Part shown: positions 27,657-38,340 of the stretch, in pieces
Numbering within the stretch: the stretch's first letter is position 1
How the letters are laid out: each line of letters starts with the position of its first letter
Notes under the pieces: generated by a model
Told to the model about the DNA's origin: nothing
The model's database searches: none
Seen by the model: the letters and a program-made list of their open reading frames with translations, nothing else
NCBI GenBank assembly: GCA_965153285.1
Contig: OZ229114.1
Origin: Podarcis tiliguerta
Lineage: Eukaryota
Length of the DNA stretch: 64,000 bases
Reading direction: 5' to 3' (one strand)
Program-made: the position numbers and the translations under genes

Positions 27657-27995
27657 TGAAATATATTCAGAGTCGCAAAGTGATTTCATGCTCTTTATTC
27701 AGCTCATAGTGGTGAGGAATGAGTGAAAGTCCCCTCAAAGTATCTGCTTTATATACATTATTTACACAATGGGCTGCCCATGATTGGCTAATTCCGGAAT
27801 TCTACTGTAAGCCAATCAGGTTGTGGATTCACTTCTATCTGGAGCATGATTGGGTGGTTCCTGCCAACCAATCATACTGCTGCATTCTGAATCCTATTGT
27901 TCTAGGACCAATCAGACTGCTGCATTTTGGATCCTATTGTTCTAGGACCAATCAGACTGCTGCAGTTTGGATCCTATTCAACTCAGTACATAACA
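27657..27995 (-). mobile_element. Solo LTR (339 bp)
   Basis: TG...CA termini; 5-bp TSD CAGTC (27652-27656, 27996-28000). On the minus strand: CCAAT-rich U3, TATATAAA (27748-27755), AATAAA (27694-27699). Confidence 0.88.
27868..27978. repeat. 40-bp tandem repeat (~2.8 copies) inside the LTR
   Basis: Unit CCAATCAGACTGCTGCATTTTGGATCCTATTGTTCTAGGA starts at 27868, 27908 and 27948. Confidence 0.92.
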
Positions 27996-28125
27996 CAGTC
28001 AAACCAACAATGCACGTTTGCAAGATAGGCTGAAGCTCACAGAGTTTTCCTGTAAGTTTGCTAGAGAGAACGCTGTGAGATGCTCCAACTGTGCCCTGAC
28101 CCGGGGAGGGCATAGCAGATATATA

Positions 28126-28278
28126 CAGTGGTGGAGCTTCATGCTCTGGTACTGGGGGCGGAGAGCAGGCGGGGGTGTGGCTGGCACACGTCCTGGGGGC
28201 ATGGCACCCAGTGGGGGGGGCAGCTGTGATGGCACCCCACCGGGGTCGTGGTGCCGTCCCCCTCTTCCTCTTCCAGTG
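28126..28278. mobile_element. GC-rich hAT-type MITE
   Basis: Begins CAGTGGTGGAG; perfect 8-bp TSD GATATATA (28118-28125, 28279-28286); related copy at 29477-29674. Confidence 0.75.
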
Positions 28279-30039
28279 GATATATATACCAGTATTCTGA
28301 GGGAGTAAATATTCTTTTTACCTTTTACAGGATTGTGGGATTTAAAGAGGGAGAAAATACCAGGAAAATCCCGTCTGCCTTAAAGCATCCTGTATTACTT
28401 AAATTAAAAAGCTAAAACTAGCCTATCTAAACTTTCTTTTAAGTGATATACTCTGCTGAATTCACAAATGTGAGGAAAGAATGATAATATCTAATAAATA
28501 TATCCTCTCCTAGCATTATTCCTACACAAAGTCTCTAAGTAGCCCAGCAATTCCAGTAGAGCTTGCCTAGGAACTGAACCCAGGACCTCTTGAACCCTAA
28601 GTTACCATCATGCCCCTAGACTAGCAAGCTCAACTTGCCTTATGCTTTCATTCCTGACCATATATAATAGGTGTATGTATATATATGTGTGTGTGTTTGC
28701 TCTTAGAGAAAGACGTGAGATAATCCTCGCTAGGAAAAAGATAAAGTACCGTAACTCTCAGCAAGGAGAAGGCGAAACCTCGCAACAAGCTGCTCTGCTT
28801 CCTCGTGCAACCCGCCTGTCTGTCTGAAACAGCAACTGACGCCAAAGCATGACTTGGAAGCATTCAGTGGCCCGGACCCAAGTGTTCCCACCAGTTTAAT
28901 TACATTGCTATCAGTTGAACAATTCATAGGAGCATGTTAAGATCAGAACAACTCAACGGGTTGTGAATTGGTAGTGTTTTTATAAGCCACCAGAGCAGCC
29001 TTTGCCAATGCAGTGCCCTGCAGATGTTTTGGACTACAACTCCCATCAGCCCCTGCCCATCTGCAGGGCATCACGATGGCAAAGGCTGAATCAGTGAGAT
29101 AGTGGGGAAATGTGTGGAAGTGAAATGGCGTGGGTCAGCTGGTGAAGCCCAGACCAAGTTTGACTTCTCTTTTTCCTGCTGGCTTTGTCCCACTTTTCGG
29201 CCTCTTCTTACTCAGAGCTACTCTTGCAAGCCCTCTTTCCTCTTTCCCATGCCACAGTCTGCATCTGCTGTCGCTGCCTCTACTTCTGTATGAACTTCAG
29301 GCCCATGCCACCTCGACTTCCCTTTTCCCTCACATTGTTTCTTTGCTTACATGTCTGCTGCTGCCATGTGCACCCTTAAGGCTACCTGCATTGCCCAACA
29401 AACCTCCTGTTCACTTCCAGGCATAATGGGCGTCCATTCTGAGATGTTCTGTGCCAATGTCTTAGACTCACCCTCCCAGTGTCACTGGGCAAAGTGGCTC
29501 TCTCCGGTGGCGGAGAGCAGGCAGGGACATGGCTGGCATGCCTGGGGGCGTGGCGCACCACTCGCAGGGGTGTGGCGCCCAGCACGGGCAGAGGGGCAGC
29601 CATGATGGCACCCCACCAAGATCGTGCTGCCAGGGGCGGTGCGCTTCCCCCGCTCCCCTCTTCCTCCACCAGTGGCTCCCTCCCCACTTCAGAACTGAGC
29701 TTAGGGCCCAGAAGATCTCACATGAGCAAACTGAAATTCAGGCAGTCTGGGGGACCCATTGACTTGCTGACTAGTTGTGCTAGATATATATGCTACCTCC
29801 AGGATTATAGGCACTGCCTTCATGGGCAACCTTTAGCCATCTTTTTGGCTATTGTGGGGAACAGGATGCTGGACTAGACGAGTCCTTCATCGGATCCTGC
29901 AGGGTGCTTCTTGTTTTCTCAACCTGTAAGTAAGAATAGTGTCTCTGAGTGGGTGCAGTCCAAAAACACACTTAGAGCAGCAGTAGAGAAGCTGCTTTGC
30001 ACATAGGGGTCTAGTAGTTTAATCCCTGGCGTCTCCAAG

Positions 30040-30153
30040 CATGGGCATAGCCAAGGAGGCAGGCAGCTGTCCCCACTAAATCTATCAAAATCCATCAAAA
30101 TCAATAAAAATCTGAGGTTCTCCCCGCCCAAAAAAATCATGGCTACGCCCATG
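30040..30153. mobile_element. 114-bp hAT-type MITE nested in a tRNA-derived SINE
   Basis: TIRs CATGGGCATAGCCA / TGGCTACGCCCATG (13/14 match); flanks TCTCCAAG and TCTCCCAAG. Confidence 0.7.
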
Positions 30154-30526
30154 TCTCCCAAGACCCAAAGGAGTCCCGAAATGCCAGTCAATGTAGACAG
30201 TCCTGAGCTAGGAGGGCCAGTGGTCTGACTTGGTTAAGGCAGCTTTCAAGCAAGTAAACAGGCACAGGGCACTGTAGTTACAATGCAACTCTATGCCTCT
30301 TTACTCATAGGGAAGACCCCACTTCATGCCGGGTTAAGTGTGTACACACTGGAGTGCAGCCTTGAGGCTATTCCAGAAGTCCCAGGAAGGACTCGCAGCA
30401 GTTTCTGCAGCCCAATCCTCTCGCACTTCTCTTTTGAGTTAAGCATAACTGACGCGACTGGAGCATGGATCTGTCCAGCGACCCAACGGACTAAGCCTAT
30501 GCGCGGATGGGCAGAAATGTTAACAG

Positions 30527-30769
30527 CATGGGTAGGCAAACTAAGGCCTGAGGGCCAGATCCGGCCCAATCGCCTTCTAAATCCGGCCCATGGACGTTCC
30601 AGGAATCAGCATGTTTTTACATGAGTAGCATGTGTCCTTTTATTTAAAATGCACCTCTGAGTTATTTGTGGAGCATAGGAATTCGTTCATTATTTTTTTC
30701 AAAATATTATCTGGCCCCCCACAAGGGACAGTGGACCGGCCCCCTGCTGAAAAAGTTTGCTGTTCCCTG
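30527..30769 (+). mobile_element. hAT MITE, family A copy 3, just upstream of the ETV5 CpG island
   Basis: Homologous to 7415-7656; perfect TSD GTTAACAG (30519-30526, 30770-30777). Confidence 0.9.
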
Positions 30770-30959
30770 GTTAACAGGCTTTGCACTGTTTGTAACGAAA
30801 AATGCGGTCGTTGGATTAATGCCCCAGATGAAAGGCCGGAAGATTTTGTTCCTGCCATTTCTCCCTTGCAGCTGAATGAGCAGGGCAGTGCTGGGGGCAC
30901 GGTGTTTTCCTCACGATGGCCCTGATTTCTGGTGGGGGTGGTAATAAGAATGAAGTTCA

Positions 30960-32200
30960 GGTGCCAAGACCGAGGGCGACCTGCAATGGCGATTATTTCT
31001 TACTCCGGCCGCCGCCGAGCTGGCCGGTTGTCGTGAGATGGTCCTGCGTGCGGCCACGAGGCGAAAAAGAAGGCGGCGGCGGCACGGGACTGTGGGCAGC
31101 CAAGGAGCGTTCACTTCGTAACGGAGCTGGCAAAAACAGACTCTCTGCCGCCGAGCTGCGCGTTCCCTTTAAATCCCTCCCTGCGCCTCTGCCTCGCCCT
31201 CGGAACGCGACCATTCTTTCTTTTCCTTTTTTTATGAATGAAAACGCTCCTCGAAAAAAGTATGTAAATCAAGGCCGCCTTGATTGGCTATATTTCCCTG
31301 GAGGAAAAAAACATAAGGCAGTTCATCGTTGCGAGGAGGCGGGCTTAGAACGCACTGGCTGGGCCGCCGCAGCCATTCAGGACCGGGAGGCGTTGCAACA
31401 TCCGAGCGCCATTGGGTGCGTGGTAGGGTAAACAAGCTGAGACTGACAACCTCTGGCGGGGCCGTGGGCCAATGGAGACGGGGCGGGGCGGGCTCTGGAG
31501 GCCGCTCGGGGGCTCCGGCAGCAGCCCGAGGAAGAACCAGGGCTTCTAGCGACTGCACAGCGGCAGCGCGCTAGTTCTATGGCCAGGTGAGGAGGGGCGA
31601 AGGCAACGCAGCCTCCGGGGACTGGGGTCGGGATCGGGGCCGGGGGTCCTGAGCGGTGGGGTGCTGGGAGTTGTGGGATCGGCTGGGCGGCCTGAGAAGG
31701 AGGCAATCGGGGCAGGTGTTCGGGGGTGCAAAGTAATGCGGGGGGGTTGTGTTTGGATAAGCTTGGGATGCCGTGGCCGAGATGGAGGCAGTGATTCGGT
31801 CTGCTGGAGCCTGGGGTAAGCAATGGGGCTGGATCCCAGGTGCGGGAGGGGGCAGCTCTGGGGGCTGCAACAGAGTGCCGGCAGGAGAAGCTACGGCGTA
31901 GCCTTTCCAAAGGAAGGCTGCACAGCCGCGCCGCCACAGGCTGCGGCAGGCACTGGCTGGGTCGGGAGGTGGTTGCTGGTGGTGGTGATGTGTTTTTTGT
32001 GAATGTGGGCGATTTTATGAATGGAGCTGGTTTTGTGTGAATGAAGCCTTGAGTGCGGGGGCGGGGGCTGCGTCTCCTCGCGGCGTTCTGCACAGGGCTG
32101 TAGGGGTGGGGGCGCCTCTGAAGGCGTTTCGTGAATGGAGCGAGCTGGGAAGTGCGTGCCTTGTTTTTGTGAATGGGGCCCTACGCCGGGGATCTCGTTA
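30960..32200 (+). promoter_or_regulatory. ETV5: ETV5 CpG-island promoter
   Basis: The strongest GC- and CpG-rich stretch in the window, ~2 kb upstream of the ETV5 ATG. CCAAT boxes (GATTGG ~31282, CATTGG ~31410, GCCAAT ~31468) and a tandem GC box GGGCGGGGCGGG at 31481-31492. Confidence 0.85.
31500..31586 (+). other. ETV5: Candidate ETV5 5'UTR exon 1 (start approximate)
   Basis: Immediately downstream of the CCAAT/GC boxes and ends at a good donor, CCAG|gtgagg (31586/31587). The TSS cannot be determined from sequence. Confidence 0.55.
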
Positions 32201-33706
32201 CACTCTACCTGCTCTTGTTGCTTGCTCTGCCATTCATAAAACTTAAGCCAGATTTGCACACGGGGGAGGGGATGCTAATTGTATTGTTTGGCTGCGTTAA
32301 AGGCTTTTCCTAGGGGTACGGGGGGGGGGGGAGAGGGGAGGCGAATCGCAGCGGCCAGATAGAAAAGCGGATTTAGTACGCGCGACATAATGTTTTTAAA
32401 GATGTTGCTTCCAATCGCCGTTTTTGCCAAAAAAAATTTGCTCTGAATCGACGGGGCAAGTTCGGAATGGAAGATATTTTTGTCCGCGATGATATTTAGG
32501 AGCAGTTTGCAACAGTTGGCCAGCTAGGCTAGATAAAGAAGTTCATAACCGATCTCGCTACCACCACCTTTCTCTCGTCTCTCTCTCCCCCCGCCGCCAA
32601 CCCCATGTTATGAAACGCACTTACTCAAGTTTTTTTTTTTTTTTTTAAGACCACAGATTCTGTATTTTTGAGAGGAGTTAGTAGAAAATACTGCTTCTTT
32701 TAAACAAGCCATAAATCTCTCCTGTGTTTAAACTTCACGGTGAATTTACTTAAGGGATTACTGAAAACTGCCCTTTGCTTAGCAGATTTCTTGGATATAC
32801 GGGCTGTTCAATAGCAGCAAAAGTTGCATCAGCAGAACAAGGGACCGAGCAGTTTTCCATTTCGCGCTGGGTCTTATGCCAACCTAACATGGATATTTCT
32901 TGCAGTGTGTTTTTAAGCTTTCGAGTAAATTATCCGAGATTTCAAACGTTTAGATCAGCAAAAAAAAATATAAGCTACTTCAAACAATGCTTGAATGGCT
33001 ACAGTACTAAGTACAGTTTCTGGTAGCAATGAAATCAAGGGATCTTTTCGGTTTGCTTTGCTTAGGTGTAAGTAAAAGAGCATTGGCTCTCTTTGTAACC
33101 TAGAGGAGTTGCATGCAGATAATTATCATCACCAGAAAGCCAAGCTGTTTCACTAACTCCAGTCGACTTTCCTGTGCACTTGTTGCTATTTATATTTTAT
33201 CTTTCGACCATGTAGGGAGAAAATGTACTCCAAGCCATGTGATCTCTGCCTTATAATCCATGCCGTTCCCTATGTTTGTTCTTAAGCGGTTGTAATTCGC
33301 ATTTAGTGATGTCACGACTGTTTCCATAGTAACTCTGTGACATCATGGATTAAAGGTTGGGGCTTTGGTGTGTTGATTTAAAAAGAGCAGCAACCTAATG
33401 AATGGATATCATAGCAACTAGCTAGAGGGGGGTTAATACTATAATTTGTCTTCCTCCCTCCCCCATGTTTAATGTGTGTTAACTAAGCACAAAAGATAAT
33501 CCTCAAAGCTTGCAGAACATGCTCGTGTGCTGTTAGAGATGGTCTCTTCAGGTGCCTTAAAGGCAGAACATTGTCTGATTCCTCTGTCTTTCTCTTCTCC
33601 CTTCCAGCCTGAAATCTGCCAGAACTAGATTCTGAAAACTCTTCTCATCCTGGAATTACTCAATGCTAAAAACGTTCGAGGGAATATTAAAGAATTTGCA
33701 AGCACA

Positions 33707-33751
33707 ATGGATGGTTTTTATGATCAGCAGGTCCCTTTCATGGTCCCTGGG
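33707..33751 (+). CDS. ETV5: ETV5 exon 2 coding part (exon probably begins at 33608)
   Basis: Long polypyrimidine tract plus ccag at 33607; strong Kozak context acaATGG; MDGFYDQQVPFMVPG|gtagg is the PEA3-group N-terminus. Confidence 0.97.
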
Positions 33752-33894
33752 GTAGGACTTCATTTTTTTAAATGTGGTTTTGTTTTCTTATCATGTGATG
33801 CCCCCTGCTCCTTTGTACAAAGTTCATGTTGCTTCTGCTCTTTTGTGTTTTTGAACGATTGCCCTTCATAGTTACATTTCTTTGCTTTTACCAG

Positions 33895-33982
33895 AAACCT
33901 TGCACAGATGAATGTCGAGGCAGGCCAGTAAATGACAGAAAAAGGAAGTTTCAGGACACTGACTTGGCTCATGATTCTGAAG
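33895..33982 (+). CDS. ETV5: ETV5 exon 3
   Basis: ccag|AAA...GAAG|gtagc; 88 nt; KPCTDECRGRPVNDRKRKFQDTDLAHDSE. Confidence 0.97.
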
Positions 33983-34121
33983 GTAGCGAAGAATTGCCTC
34001 CTTTTTTTGTTGTTGATGTTTGAAAAAAGCATCTTTGAAACATCACCATTTTAAGCAGCATGTGTAAAAAGCATGTAAGCAGAAAAAAATACTCCATTTT
34101 TTTGTTCTTATTTTCTTTCAG

Positions 34122-34169
34122 AATTGTTTCAGGATCTCAGCCAGTTGCAGGAGGCTTGGTTAGCTGAAG
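34122..34169 (+). CDS. ETV5: ETV5 exon 4 (acidic activation helix)
   Basis: ttcag|AA...GAAG|gtaaat; 48 nt; ELFQDLSQLQEAWLAE. Confidence 0.97.
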
Positions 34170-34415
34170 GTAAATCCTTGTTGATATCACAATTCTGTGT
34201 CCCATTGTGCTTTGATAACCTATTGGCTATGATAATTAGTCGTGCTTGTCATTTCTATGGAATCTTTTTTCTTTGTTCTTTTTTTGCTGTTTTGTAATGT
34301 ATGACATTAATATTTATTTTGGCTTGTGAGCTCCTTTGTCTTTAGATAAGGAAATGTAGGGTTTAATTTATTAATTAATTGGTGAAAAAACCTTGTTTTT
34401 TCCCCTTTCTTTTAG

Positions 34416-34466
34416 CCCAAGTTCCTGATGATGAACAGTTTGTCCCAGATTTCCAGTCCGATAACT
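34416..34466 (+). CDS. ETV5: ETV5 exon 5 (COP1-type VP degron motifs)
   Basis: ttag|CC...AACT|gtaagt; 51 nt; AQVPDDEQFVPDFQSDN. Confidence 0.97.
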
Positions 34467-35211
34467 GTAAGTCATTCTCTTGTTCATTTGTCTGCCTGCT
34501 GTGAAATCTGTAGTGTCATTGCAAGACGTGTGACAGGTTTTAGTTGCTCCCTTGGTTTTTGCTTCTGTTAATTAAATGTAGCTGCAAAGTGTATTTTTGC
34601 AAGTTTTTTGTCAAATCTGTGGATCTTGACGAGAAGGGAGCAGACAGAAGGTGTGGACACTGACTGTTCTGTTAACGGCACTGCTTTAATTGGCAGACTT
34701 AGGATATTTATTTGAGCATCTCTGGGGCTGCCTATTAACCTTGATCTCTGCAGAACCCTTTCAAGCCCCCATGAATACTTCATAATGTAAGAGATATTAA
34801 AATCCATTTGACAGCAAGCACAAGAGCACTCTGTCTCTCACCAGCCCTGTGCCTTCCAATTCCCTCAATGACTTTTCTGGCTATTATAGCCGCAGCTATA
34901 GCGAAGCTGTGAAGGACAAAGCTTTGCTGGTGAAACTTGAGCAGCTTTAGGGAGCATTCGTCATTGGCAAGCCAGCAGCTCTGAGAAGACGGCTAGGAAA
35001 GCCGTCCCTCTCGCACTGCACCACCCCCAAAATTCTCCCTTACCTGCAGCATCTGAGTGCTCAGTACCTGGGCCTCTGCAGGCAGCAAGCTATTTAGGCA
35101 CGCAGGCTTTCTGCATATTTTTTGACTGTGATTTGGGGGCGTTAGAGGTTAAAGAAAAGCAAGATGATGTTCTTAAAAGTGTAAAGGGGAAATGTTACTC
35201 CGCATCCACTC

Positions 35212-35214
<3 letters not shown>

Positions 35215-35248
<34 letters not shown>
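35215..35248 (+). repeat. (GT)17 microsatellite
   Basis: Direct count. Confidence 0.95.
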
Positions 35249-35250
<2 letters not shown>

Positions 35251-38004
35251 CTGTTCCGATTGCCACAGAATTTGAAGGGAAGAAAACATAGCCTGCAGTG
35301 GAACGGATTCTTGATTCAAACTCTGTCACAGCATGCAGTGGTGTATCTTGTGCTACAGTAAATGCATGTTAATTATTGCCCTTTGATTACTTTGAAGTAA
35401 GTGGGAAGCTTGCCATGAAAGCTTCCTCAGACTGGTTGGGGTGTGTGTGTGTGTTTTCTTTCCTCCTCCCTGAGATGAAAGGCAGCCTGGAGTAAGAAAT
35501 TTTCTCTCTGTGTTGACATTCTAACCCAACCCTTCCAGTTCTCCTGCTTGGAGCAGTATAAACTGCAGCCGGGCTGTGTGGGAGGAGATGTTGTTGGCAG
35601 AGGCGCGCGCTCTCTCTCTCTCCAAGCTTTTACGGTTCAGGACCCTGAAGGATTGTGGGGGAAACAAAATGTCTTCTCCAGAGTTCTGGGCAGCAAACCT
35701 TTTGTGAGAGGCATTAGGAGTTCTGTTTGGGTTAAGAAGCCTTTTCCTTCTGGCCTGAGCATCCTCTATGTATTCTGTGTTTGTGGTGAGCAGGTCGATG
35801 GCAGGAGGGGATTCTCAATGGAAGCTGTTTATATATCAATGAGTAGCTTCCTGCCTGGAATGGATCTAGTAATGCCAAATTTAAATCTTACTGGAACCAT
35901 GTGTTTGCAGGGGGGACAGGCTTCCCTTCTGACCTGTACAAGTCTTTTAAGCCACTCAGGCTAGTGAAACCAATTGCCAGAGGTTGGAGAGAGGATTGTG
36001 CCCTGTGTATAGCAGAAGGGCTAAATTCTGAGCGAAGGTGAGGAGGCATATCGCTAAAACCTGCTAAAGTTCCCAAAGAGCAAGGGGATCTCCAATATTT
36101 ACTTTTTTTAAAGGTGGAAAGATAATATGGGGCCCAGAATCTGCAAAGTGAAACTCTGTGGCCTTTGAGAGGCTCAGTAATGCAATTTGCTGTATAGCAC
36201 CAGAATAGCTGATTGAATAGATGAATAAAGAGAAATGAACAGGGCATGTGTTGCACTTGAAAGGGTTTCTGGAGCTCTTGCTTAATATGTCATAGATGGA
36301 TGTATGATGATTCATGGTTTGCATTATTACTGTGGTTTCTGGCACAGAAATCAACTGCTGCATGAGTAACATGCTAATCCTAAACACCCTTAACTTGAGT
36401 TCTGTTTAAAATTGGTGCGACTTGGTGCCAAGTAAATGAGTTTAGAATTGGGGCTATTCAGGAGACAGTTGGTGCTATTTTGCCTCAAAATGTTTGCTTG
36501 GAATGTGTGGTCTTAGAATTAGGACCAGTCCTATGTATTTTAATTTGGATGATGGTGGTGGGTTTTCATTTCTTCTTCTGCTTCCTATTATGTAATTACA
36601 TGAATGCGTTTACTTGAGTACCCTTGTAGGTGGCACTTTGAAAAGCTAATTCTTTTGCAAGGTCTATAAAAAGCACAATATGTCTGCACACATCTCTGCC
36701 TCTGTTCTGACTCTAGTTCTCTAAGAATGGCACTGTGACAAGCTTTAGGTTAAGGTGTCTGTTTCCTATTACTTGTTGGTCTTACTGTCCTATTTTTATT
36801 TTTCTACTATTTCTCCCGCTTTAATGAGGGTCTCTCCCAGATGTTGGGTGGCATCCAATGCTGTCTGCACACTTGCGTAATGAGACTTTTGGTTTCTCTT
36901 TGCCCCCCCCCCACCCTCGTGGTCCCGAAATCTACTCTGAAGGGTTGGGGGTTGCTAGGGGGAGGAGAGTAAGGAGAAACCCCACAGCACAAGAGGATGC
37001 CTGCTCACACTACCTTGGATCTCGCCCACTGTGTTTTTCAGACAATTGTTAGCGCTTGTTGAGCAGGCTCCAGATGGCTTTCCTCTATGGTAACGGTTCT
37101 GTTTTGGTGAGAGAGACTAATTCCCTTGGCTAGCAAATTACATAAAGGTTAGCTCTTTCTGTGTTTGTGTGTGTCACCTCTGACATCGCCAGTGGACAAC
37201 TCTCTTCCCTTATCCACGCATCCTATCCCGGGACAATTTAAAAATGCTTGGGAGGCTGAGCTCTCCCTTTCTGTGCCCACCAAGCATCTTATTGCTATTT
37301 GCTATTTCAGGGGTTTCTTATTGCTCATATTTTTTACATTTTAAAATGTGGGCTACTTTGGACAACTGATTGAAAAAGTGAAATGTACAATGAAAAGAAC
37401 AAAGAAATGATGAAAACGTCAATTTTTTTAAAAGGAAAAGTGAGATATATACATGAATTGTAACTTGCCCAGGGATAATATGATGGTGAGGTTAAACGTA
37501 GAGTTAATACATAAAATATTGATTAGAATAAATGGTCCTCAACCAAAAAAAGGTGCAGGAACATTTGTGTAGTCTCAACATGGGAACCCAGCCAAGCTGC
37601 AGCTCTTCCCCACCCCAGCTATAGCCTGCCATTTTGTCAACTTTTTTTTCTTCCTTTGGAGCAGTAAGGGTGTATTTTCTCTTGAAGTAGCCTTTGATAA
37701 CCCTGTGAAGGTTAAAAAGGTGAACAGTTACAACCTTCTTCCTGTATGTTCCTGATAATGACTTGAATTATTAAACAGGCAACTACTTCCTGTGGCTAAG
37801 GATGGTTTTGTGGATAAAGATAAAGGGGCCGAGGGAGACAATGGTATTTCAGAGAGTTGATAACAGTCTTGAAGAGGGATTGTGGTTCCTAATGTATACA
37901 CTCGAACTTGTTTTACTTTATGATTTATTGTGCTGCATCTCGACTTGCCTACTATATTTAAGCTCCATTGCGGGTCTTAAGTTAGCCATCACTAACTTAG
38001 CCCT

Positions 38005-38340
38005 TTGTTGTTGTTTAGTTGTGTCCGACTCTTCATGACCCCATGGACCAGGGCACGCCAGGCACTCCTGTCTTCCACTGCCTCCCGTAGTTTGGTCAAA
38101 CTCATGCTGGTAGCTTCGAGAACACTGTCCAACCATGTCGTCCTCTATCGTCCCCTTCTCCTTGTGCCCTCCATCTTTCCCAACATCAGGGTCTTTTCCA
38201 GGGAGTCTTCTCTTCTCATGAGGTGGCCAAAGGATCTGTCCTTCCAGATCCCTTTCCTCAGGTCTGATTTCCTTCAGAATGGATATGTTTGATCTTCCTG
38301 CAGTCCATGGGACTCTCAAGAGTCTCCTCCAGCACCATAA
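38005..38340 (-). mobile_element. BovB (RTE-clade) LINE 3' fragment
   Basis: Minus-strand LWCWRRLLRVPWTAGRSNISILKEI matches the BovB/RTE ORF C-terminus; (CAA)n tail; 12-bp TSD TAACTTAGCCCT / TAACTTAACCCT (37993-38004, 38341-38352). Confidence 0.9.

Noticed and set aside
27868-27978. 40-bp direct repeats as a CRISPR-like array
   Set aside because: Head-to-tail units with no unique spacers, inside a solo LTR.
31377-32093. 238-aa minus-strand ORF (longest in the track) and neighbouring ORFs
   Set aside because: Lies in the CpG island where stop codons are rare; low-complexity Pro/Arg/Ala composition with no recognisable domain.
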